Assembly (NCBI GenBank): GCA_964106645.2 | Contig: OZ067038.1 | Direction: 5' to 3' (one strand) | DNA: 64,000 nt | Source of the DNA: Podarcis pityusensis | Taxonomy: Eukaryota | Shown here: positions 61,501 through 64,000 of the stretch, in pieces | How the letters are laid out: each line of letters opens with the position of its first letter | Numbering within the stretch: position 1 is the stretch's first letter | Program-made: the position numbers and the translations under genes | The notes under the pieces: model-generated | The model's input: the letters and a program-made list of their open reading frames with translations, nothing else | Told to the model about the DNA's origin: nothing | The model's database searches: none

Positions 61501-63974
61501 ATGTGCTTTAGACTTCTTATTGCATTCTTGTTTTGTGAGGCATTTCTCTGTCACTGTTAAAAGCTGTCCTGAATCTTAACGTCCTTCTTGAAAGTTTTCT
61601 GTAGTGTACACTCTTTTGGACCTTTATTTTTTTAAAAGAAGAAAGAAAGAAAATAAATGATTTCATAAATATTATTTCTGTTTAAAAATCTGCAGTGAAT
61701 ATTTTACATTATGACGCCTTTGGATAAGAAATAACTATTTCTGTTCTTGAAAAAGAGCAAATTCCATAAACCAAAAGCAGGCCAGTTAATTATCTAAGTG
61801 TATTGTCAAGTTTTTGCTAAATGTATGTCTGCTTAATATTATGTTGTCATGTTGGTCTCCTGTATTAGAAAATCTTGAGATAATCAAATGTCTATGAAGT
61901 TTTCTTTGTCTATAATCCTCTTACAAGACCACCAACAGCGACACTTCAGAGAGAGGGTTTTAAATTCACCACGTGGTTTTCTTACATTTCCTATCTTTCA
62001 AGTGCCAGAAGTTCCAAAGACAGTTGTCTCAGAAGAAAAAATATCTATTGCTGTCCCCAAAAGGAAAGCAGCCCCTCCAGAAAAAGGTATACAAGCTTTG
62101 AAGTAAACTAAATCAAAGTCCAAGTGGTTAATGTGCTAACAACCTACCTATTAATTCCTATATCCAAACCTAAGTTATTAAGCAAATTCTTTTTTTCTGC
62201 TCCAAATACATTTGAGGGGATATTGCTTTGGGCACTCCCCTCCCCCAAATTATTTATTTTATTTTATTTTATTTAAACCTAGAAGGCTTGCCATAAAAGT
62301 TACATTTGTTTTGTAACTGCTTAATCATTCTTATCGAAATTCCCGTTGTCTGACTCAAATAGTGTTTCCCATAAGAAATGCTAAAGTTCAATACTCTGTC
62401 TTTAATAATAGTTGTGGAAGAGCACTGGGGGTATTCGGAAGAAATGTCTGTTTCTCTTCATACAGAGGAGGAAGTTTCATATACAGGTATGAGCTCAACC
62501 AGGGTAGGGGAACAGGAATCCTAACCAATTCACTGTATAGATTATTGGGCAGGGTGAGAACATAAAATGAACCTACTAGATCAGGCCAATGACCCATCTA
62601 GTCCAACATCCTGTTTTCACAGTGTTTCATGAGATGCCTTTGGGAAGCATGTGGCATAGTTGTCAACTTTTCCCTATTCTTGCGAGGAATTCTATTCGGA
62701 ATAAGGGAATTCCCCTTTAAAAAAGGGAAACGTTGACAGCTATGGCATGTGGGTATCACCTCAGTTTTCACTTTTATATTAAAATGAGGTGTATCTAAAG
62801 GTGTTCTACTGATCCATTAGAGGCTTCCATCAGCCAAATGGTGAGGAAAGTGATTTTTGCCAAATCCCTCTTGTTCTTGCAGCCGCCATGCCTCTGCGCC
62901 ACAAATGTGCTCTGCGGGAGGTGGCATGGAAGATGCAGAGGGGAAGGCAATTTGGTGTAAACTGATGTTTCCTTCCCTGTTCTGATGACAGAAGCCTCCA
63001 CTTTCTCAACAAAAAAAAAAAAAACAAAAAAAAACCTCCCGTCGGTAGAGGTGCATCTTTGGAAACAACCCAGTCTGTCTTTTTCTTACATTAGCAGAAT
63101 TATTAGTTCTAGAACTAAACCAGTGTGAATGCTAATTCACTAAAGAGGTTCACTGATATAAAACAGTGGTGCAGGATAGTATTCATGTAAGAATTGCTGA
63201 GGGTGTTCAACTTCATTCATAGTGAGGCAAAAAAGAAGCAGTTTGTTGGCCTAAACCACAGATAACAGTGGACATTTGGTTGTTTGGCTCCCCACACCCT
63301 CCAACAGAGTAAATTTCACAGCTTGCATAAATTATTGGTTTGTTTGTTCATTTTTGGCTTGGATGACTGCTACAGTTGTCCCATCCCATAAAGCTGAAGG
63401 CTTAAATCTTCCCACATAATCTCTTCTAGAATGTAGAAATTTCTTCAAAATGTCATTAACCTAAACAGAGACTTGGCATAATACCCACTTAATGTAACCA
63501 GACTTTCAATGACTTCCACCCCTTTGATTTACCATACATAGCAGCTTGCAATGAAAGTCCCTATGTATTATCTTGAAAAATTACTGTAGATTACTGTCTA
63601 GACTATTTCTAAGTAATAGCACCTGAAGAAATGGGAAGCTTTCCAATATGATAGACATATAGACTCCACTGATCCTAACAACAAAATGGTGTATATGCAC
63701 TACACCAGTAAGAAGACGGATGTATAAAGACTATACCTGCAACTATGCGTTAGCCACATCTTGTCCAAATGTTTGTTCATTTGTCTGGCAACTTAAATGT
63801 TTGTTTCTGTCAAATTTCCTACTGCTCTTTATGGCCTTCTGTACCTTTACCATCAAAGTTCTGAAACATAAATATACTGTGTCTTTAAAGTTCCCGAAGA
63901 ACCTGAGAGAATTCCCACAAAACAGAAAATGCCCATATCAATTGCCGCTAAAGTGAAGAAACCTCCAGCTAAAG
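135..63974 (+). CDS. TTN: Titin (connectin), partial multi-exon CDS: N2B, middle tandem Ig, N2A, proximal PEVK; gene extends beyond both window ends
   Basis: Serial I-set Ig exons (PPxF..W.K..DxGxYxC), N2B and N2A signature peptides, PEVK microexons; canonical AG/GT, frame-compatible. Confidence 0.98.
4898..5176 (+). CDS. TTN: exon 50 eq., I27
   Basis: 279 nt, [16 protein letters not shown]. Confidence 0.95.
6266..6829 (+). CDS. TTN: exon 51 eq., I28-I29
   Basis: 564 nt, two Ig domains. Confidence 0.95.
7508..7789 (+). CDS. TTN: exon 52 eq., I30 (start of 6-Ig super-repeat 1)
   Basis: 282 nt phase-1 Ig exon. Confidence 0.93.
7894..8172 (+). CDS. TTN: exon 53 eq., I31
   Basis: 279 nt Ig exon. 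Confidence 0.93.
8400..8745. mobile_element. non-autonomous hAT-like DNA transposon
   Basis: ends tagggg(t)gg / cccatcccta; 8-bp TSD cacatgtt/cacatgat; related copy at 47316-47569. Confidence 0.7.
9047..9404 (-). mobile_element. Sauria SINE, near full length
   Basis: (ACCTTT)n tail and tRNA-like head on the minus strand; 13-bp TSD ttgaggagtataa at 9034-9046 and 9405-9417. Confidence 0.92.
9558..9803. mobile_element. two adjacent palindromic hAT-type MITEs
   Basis: ggggaacctgt..ccagatgttg / caacatctgg..aggttc inverted arms; same family at about 44061-44160, 47770-47880, 58953-59073. Confidence 0.75.
10062..10340 (+). CDS. TTN: exon 54 eq., I32
   Basis: 279 nt Ig exon. Confidence 0.93.
10439..10717 (+). 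CDS. TTN: exon 55 eq., I33
   Basis: 279 nt Ig exon. Confidence 0.93.
10850..11137 (+). CDS. TTN: exon 56 eq., I34
   Basis: 288 nt Ig exon. Confidence 0.93.
11271..11549 (+). CDS. TTN: exon 57 eq., I35
   Basis: 279 nt Ig exon. Confidence 0.93.
11665..11946 (+). CDS. TTN: exon 58 eq., I36 (start of 6-Ig super-repeat 2)
   Basis: 282 nt Ig exon. Confidence 0.93.
12059..12337 (+). CDS. TTN: exon 59 eq., I37
   Basis: 279 nt Ig exon. Confidence 0.93.
12423..12701 (+). CDS. TTN: exon 60 eq., I38
   Basis: 279 nt Ig exon. Confidence 0.93.
12806..13084 (+). CDS. TTN: exon 61 eq., I39
   Basis: 279 nt Ig exon. Confidence 0.93.
13232..13519 (+). CDS. TTN: exon 62 eq., I40
   Basis: 288 nt Ig exon. 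Confidence 0.93.
13652..13930 (+). CDS. TTN: exon 63 eq., I41
   Basis: 279 nt Ig exon. Confidence 0.93.
13973..14058. mobile_element. short palindromic MITE-like repeat
   Basis: tcctatgca/tgcatagga arms around a taagtcccact core; degenerate relatives at about 4404-4490, 8937-9025, 39707-39780, 45016-45145. Confidence 0.6.
14139..14420 (+). CDS. TTN: exon 64 eq., I42 (start of 6-Ig super-repeat 3)
   Basis: 282 nt Ig exon. Confidence 0.93.
14518..14796 (+). CDS. TTN: exon 65 eq., I43
   Basis: 279 nt Ig exon. Confidence 0.93.
14924..15202 (+). CDS. TTN: exon 66 eq., I44
   Basis: 279 nt Ig exon. Confidence 0.93.
15308..15586 (+). CDS. TTN: exon 67 eq., I45
   Basis: 279 nt Ig exon. Confidence 0.93.
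15724..16011 (+). CDS. TTN: exon 68 eq., I46
   Basis: 288 nt Ig exon. Confidence 0.93.
16252..16530 (+). CDS. TTN: exon 69 eq., I47
   Basis: 279 nt Ig exon. Confidence 0.93.
16741..17022 (+). CDS. TTN: exon 70 eq., I48 (start of 10-Ig super-repeat 1)
   Basis: 282 nt Ig exon. Confidence 0.93.
18184..18462 (+). CDS. TTN: exon 71 eq., I49
   Basis: 279 nt Ig exon. Confidence 0.93.
18567..18848 (+). CDS. TTN: exon 72 eq., I50
   Basis: 282 nt Ig exon. Confidence 0.93.
19295..19573 (+). CDS. TTN: exon 73 eq., I51
   Basis: 279 nt Ig exon. Confidence 0.93.
19669..19956 (+). CDS. TTN: exon 74 eq., I52
   Basis: 288 nt Ig exon. Confidence 0.93.
20119..20397 (+). CDS. TTN: exon 75 eq., I53
   Basis: 279 nt Ig exon. 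Confidence 0.93.
20486..20764 (+). CDS. TTN: exon 76 eq., I54
   Basis: 279 nt Ig exon. Confidence 0.93.
20875..21153 (+). CDS. TTN: exon 77 eq., I55
   Basis: 279 nt Ig exon. Confidence 0.93.
21280..21567 (+). CDS. TTN: exon 78 eq., I56
   Basis: 288 nt Ig exon. Confidence 0.93.
21704..21991 (+). CDS. TTN: exon 79 eq., I57
   Basis: 288 nt Ig exon ([28 protein letters not shown]..), absent from the ORF track. Confidence 0.92.
23086..23367 (+). CDS. TTN: exon 80 eq., I58 (start of 10-Ig super-repeat 2)
   Basis: 282 nt Ig exon. Confidence 0.93.
23450..23625 (-). mobile_element. degenerate tRNA-derived SINE
   Basis: antisense B/A-box region gttgaacctgagg..gctctaccagtgagct; relative at about 49455-49625. 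Confidence 0.6.
23931..24470 (-). mobile_element. L2-like LINE 3' fragment with (ATT)n tail, interrupted by a MITE
   Basis: (att)n at 23931-23972; gggagggagttcc..gccaccgagaaggccct motif; related fragment at about 32750-32990. Confidence 0.55.
23973..24120. mobile_element. hAT-type MITE
   Basis: TIR cagtgcttttttt / aaaaaaggcactt; TSD attattat/gttattat. Confidence 0.7.
25235..25513 (+). CDS. TTN: exon 81 eq., I59
   Basis: 279 nt Ig exon ([25 protein letters not shown]..), absent from the ORF track. Confidence 0.92.
25628..25909 (+). CDS. TTN: exon 82 eq., I60
   Basis: 282 nt Ig exon. Confidence 0.93.
26038..26316 (+). CDS. TTN: exon 83 eq., I61
   Basis: 279 nt Ig exon. Confidence 0.93.
26410..26697 (+). 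CDS. TTN: exon 84 eq., I62
   Basis: 288 nt Ig exon. Confidence 0.93.
26838..27116 (+). CDS. TTN: exon 85 eq., I63
   Basis: 279 nt Ig exon. Confidence 0.93.
27256..27534 (+). CDS. TTN: exon 86 eq., I64
   Basis: 279 nt Ig exon. Confidence 0.93.
27640..27918 (+). CDS. TTN: exon 87 eq., I65
   Basis: 279 nt Ig exon. Confidence 0.93.
28378..28665 (+). CDS. TTN: exon 88 eq., I66
   Basis: 288 nt Ig exon. Confidence 0.93.
28828..29115 (+). CDS. TTN: exon 89 eq., I67
   Basis: 288 nt Ig exon. Confidence 0.93.
29141..29191. repeat. (TTC)17 microsatellite
   Basis: direct reading. Confidence 0.97.
29545..29838. repeat. dispersed palindromic repeat with a ccctctgga(a/g)ca(g/c)(a/t)ttt core
   Basis: tgtatccagt/actggattgca ends; core motif recurs at about 36866, 43678, 49719. 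Confidence 0.5.
30490..30700 (-). mobile_element. CR1-like 3' fragment
   Basis: ctgctggatcag..tctagtccagc..cacagtggcca..cagatg; second copy at 62558-62646. Confidence 0.55.
31074..31355 (+). CDS. TTN: exon 90 eq., I68 (start of 10-Ig super-repeat 3)
   Basis: 282 nt Ig exon. Confidence 0.93.
31617..31895 (+). CDS. TTN: exon 91 eq., I69
   Basis: 279 nt Ig exon. Confidence 0.9.
31998..32279 (+). CDS. TTN: exon 92 eq., I70
   Basis: 282 nt Ig exon. Confidence 0.93.
32389..32667 (+). CDS. TTN: exon 93 eq., I71
   Basis: 279 nt Ig exon. Confidence 0.93.
33143..33430 (+). CDS. TTN: exon 94 eq., I72
   Basis: 288 nt Ig exon. Confidence 0.93.
33594..33872 (+). CDS. TTN: exon 95 eq., I73
   Basis: 279 nt Ig exon. 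Confidence 0.93.
33971..34249 (+). CDS. TTN: exon 96 eq., I74
   Basis: 279 nt Ig exon. Confidence 0.93.
34362..34640 (+). CDS. TTN: exon 97 eq., I75
   Basis: 279 nt Ig exon. Confidence 0.93.
35608..35895 (+). CDS. TTN: exon 98 eq., I76
   Basis: 288 nt Ig exon. Confidence 0.93.
36095..36382 (+). CDS. TTN: exon 99 eq., I77
   Basis: 288 nt Ig exon. Confidence 0.93.
37051..37341 (+). CDS. TTN: exon 100 eq., I78
   Basis: 291 nt Ig exon. Confidence 0.93.
38399..38686 (+). CDS. TTN: exon 101 eq., I79
   Basis: 288 nt Ig exon. Confidence 0.93.
39129..39224 (+). CDS. TTN: exon 102 eq., N2A linker and start of I80
   Basis: 96 nt, [32 protein letters not shown]. Confidence 0.92.
39355..39637 (+). 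CDS. TTN: exon 103 eq., N2A I80
   Basis: 283 nt, [27 protein letters not shown]. Confidence 0.93.
40331..40650 (-). mobile_element. Penelope-like element terminal fragment
   Basis: caggtaggtagccgtgttggtctg..tagcaccttagagaccaact..agctttc..gtgcatgcacacttctt..agatac, as remembered for squamate Penelope termini; right boundary approximate. Confidence 0.75.
40729..40912 (+). CDS. TTN: exon 104 eq., UN2A
   Basis: 184 nt, [31 protein letters not shown]. Confidence 0.95.
41424..41513 (+). CDS. TTN: exon 105 eq., UN2A C-terminal part
   Basis: 90 nt phase 0, [17 protein letters not shown]. Confidence 0.92.
41625..41892 (+). CDS. TTN: exon 106 eq., I81
   Basis: 268 nt, [19 protein letters not shown]. 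Confidence 0.93.
41979..42239 (+). CDS. TTN: exon 107 eq., I82
   Basis: 261 nt Ig exon. Confidence 0.93.
42744..42953 (+). CDS. TTN: exon 108 eq., I83 first part
   Basis: 210 nt, [17 protein letters not shown]. Confidence 0.93.
43059..43136 (+). CDS. TTN: exon 109 eq., I83 second part
   Basis: 78 nt, [26 protein letters not shown]. Confidence 0.92.
43257..43283 (+). CDS. TTN: exon 110 eq., 27-nt microexon
   Basis: ttgcag|..|gtaaag, EIKLEVKPP. Confidence 0.88.
44193..44219. repeat. (GT)n microsatellite
   Basis: direct reading. Confidence 0.95.
44333..44380 (+). CDS. TTN: N2A-PEVK junction exon
   Basis: 48 nt, [16 protein letters not shown]. Confidence 0.88.
44491..44547 (+). CDS. TTN: PEVK exon
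   Basis: 57 nt, [19 protein letters not shown]. Confidence 0.83.
44664..44741 (+). CDS. TTN: PEVK exon
   Basis: 78 nt, [26 protein letters not shown]. Confidence 0.87.
45467..46247 (+). mobile_element. tRNA-derived SINE (Squam3-like) with (TTC)n tail, split by an L1 insertion
   Basis: A box tggtgtagtgg, B-like ggttcgcgtct, gtgaccttgggccagtcac body; resumes at 46084. Confidence 0.85.
45627..46083 (-). mobile_element. 5'-truncated L1-type LINE
   Basis: 19-bp TSD ctcacagagtgtttgttgt; minus strand reads [31 protein letters not shown], then AATAAA and an A-rich end. Confidence 0.85.
46658..46735 (+). CDS. TTN: PEVK exon
   Basis: 78 nt, [26 protein letters not shown]. Confidence 0.83.
47570..47769. 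other. assembly gap (200 N)
   Basis: run of exactly 200 N. Confidence 0.99.
48027..48744 (-). mobile_element. 5'-truncated L1-type LINE carrying a nested SINE
   Basis: 16-bp TSD gcagaaaatatttcaa; minus strand reads [13 protein letters not shown].. (decayed ORF2 end). Confidence 0.8.
48067..48423 (-). mobile_element. Sauria SINE, full length
   Basis: 10-bp TSD tttacaagtg; homologous to 9047-9404. Confidence 0.92.
49018..49110 (+). CDS. TTN: PEVK exon
   Basis: 93 nt, [31 protein letters not shown]. Confidence 0.83.
49302..49379 (+). CDS. TTN: PEVK exon
   Basis: 78 nt, [26 protein letters not shown]. Confidence 0.78.
49976..50041 (+). CDS. TTN: PEVK exon
   Basis: 66 nt, [22 protein letters not shown]. 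Confidence 0.85.
50953..51036 (+). CDS. TTN: PEVK exon
   Basis: 84 nt, [28 protein letters not shown]. Confidence 0.85.
51430..51480 (+). CDS. TTN: acidic PEVK exon
   Basis: 51 nt, [17 protein letters not shown]. Confidence 0.8.
51908..51970 (+). CDS. TTN: acidic PEVK exon
   Basis: 63 nt, [21 protein letters not shown]. Confidence 0.85.
52036..52163. mobile_element. hAT-type MITE
   Basis: TIR cagggtttcccaaa/tttgggaaaccctg; TSD atttaaac/gtttaaac. Confidence 0.88.
52346..52411 (+). CDS. TTN: PEVK (PPAK) exon
   Basis: 66 nt, [22 protein letters not shown]. Confidence 0.87.
52718..52798 (+). CDS. TTN: PEVK (PPAK) exon
   Basis: 81 nt, [27 protein letters not shown]. Confidence 0.9.
53433..53770 (+). 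mobile_element. Sauria SINE
   Basis: gggacgtgggtggcactgtgg head; TSD ttaacag(a/c)ttt. Confidence 0.9.
53909..53992 (+). CDS. TTN: PEVK (PPAK) exon
   Basis: 84 nt, [28 protein letters not shown]. Confidence 0.9.
54291..54371 (+). CDS. TTN: PEVK (PPAK) exon
   Basis: 81 nt, [27 protein letters not shown]. Confidence 0.9.
54714..54785 (+). CDS. TTN: PEVK exon
   Basis: 72 nt, [24 protein letters not shown]. Confidence 0.9.
55003..55074 (+). CDS. TTN: PEVK (PPAK) exon
   Basis: 72 nt, [24 protein letters not shown]. Confidence 0.87.
55130..55580 (+). mobile_element. retroposed 3' fragment (L1 3'UTR-like)
   Basis: 12-bp TSD aaaagaccattg; AATAAA near 55532 followed by an A-rich tail. Confidence 0.7.
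55732..55815 (+). CDS. TTN: PEVK exon
   Basis: 84 nt, [28 protein letters not shown]. Confidence 0.9.
55945..56562. mobile_element. hAT-like element with a nested SINE
   Basis: TIR caggaatggggaacct / agcttccccatccctg. Confidence 0.65.
56087..56352 (+). mobile_element. Sauria SINE, 3'-truncated
   Basis: ggacgcgggtggcgctgtggtctaaaccactgag head. Confidence 0.88.
56766..56870 (+). CDS. TTN: PEVK exon
   Basis: 105 nt, [35 protein letters not shown]. Confidence 0.88.
57085..57280 (-). mobile_element. old SINE remnant (CORE/Squam-like)
   Basis: caacaacc..gtgag..agctgagaga..gtcacccagtgag..catggctgag, antisense to the body of the 45467 SINE. Confidence 0.5.
57899..58054 (+). CDS. TTN: polyE-type PEVK exon
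   Basis: 156 nt, [18 protein letters not shown](YEREEEIS)n EVT. Confidence 0.87.
58511..58584. repeat. compound (TTTA)n(TTCA)n(TTTC)n microsatellite
   Basis: direct reading. Confidence 0.95.
59229..59282 (+). CDS. TTN: PEVK exon
   Basis: 54 nt, [18 protein letters not shown]. Confidence 0.83.
59716..59799 (+). CDS. TTN: PEVK exon
   Basis: 84 nt, [28 protein letters not shown]. Confidence 0.9.
59838..59963. mobile_element. hAT-type MITE
   Basis: TIR tagggttgccata/tatggcaacccta; TSD ggcaaaat/ggcaaaaa. Confidence 0.87.
60187..60252 (+). CDS. TTN: PEVK exon
   Basis: 66 nt, [22 protein letters not shown]. Confidence 0.86.
60582..60662 (+). CDS. TTN: PEVK exon
   Basis: 81 nt, [27 protein letters not shown]. 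Confidence 0.88.
61091..61174 (+). CDS. TTN: PEVK (PPAK) exon
   Basis: 84 nt, [28 protein letters not shown]. Confidence 0.9.
62003..62086 (+). CDS. TTN: PEVK exon
   Basis: 84 nt, [28 protein letters not shown]. Confidence 0.9.
62655..62744. mobile_element. 90-bp hAT-type MITE
   Basis: TIR catagttgtcaac/gttgacagctatg; perfect 8-bp TSD gcatgtgg. Confidence 0.9.
63891..63974 (+). CDS. TTN: PEVK (PPAK) exon
   Basis: 84 nt, [28 protein letters not shown]. Confidence 0.88.
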
Positions 63975-64000
63975 GTACATTTAATATTGTGCCAATGTAT

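Noticed and set aside
52346-63974. Short repeats separated by unique spacers, superficially CRISPR-like
   Set aside because: They are PEVK exons with irregular long introns in a vertebrate gene; no cas genes.

Overview
Vertebrate genomic DNA from a squamate reptile, probably a lacertid lizard judging by its SINE families. The whole window lies inside one + strand gene, titin (TTN), in the I-band region. I traced 88 AG/GT-bounded exons that join into one frame, with nothing readable across a 200-N gap at 47570-47769. They are: the cardiac N2B exon (135-3998), I27, I28-29, the middle tandem-Ig segment (3x6 and 3x10 super-repeats, I30-I77), I78-I79, N2A (I80, UN2A, I81-I83) and the start of the PEVK region. 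Exon and Ig numbers are human-equivalent, from memory of human TTN; the count from exon 49 to N2A matches. Introns hold Sauria SINEs, other tRNA-derived SINEs, truncated L1s, L2/CR1 and Penelope fragments, hAT MITEs and microsatellites. I see no separate novel gene system. Best leads: (1) the enlarged N2B 'unique' sequence is a cryptic 74-aa (about 2x37) repeat array; (2) inverted SINEs bracket a frame-symmetric PEVK exon block; (3) a degenerate Penelope hammerhead ribozyme; (4) a YAG-to-AAG acceptor switch in PEVK exons. All coordinates and counts are by hand.
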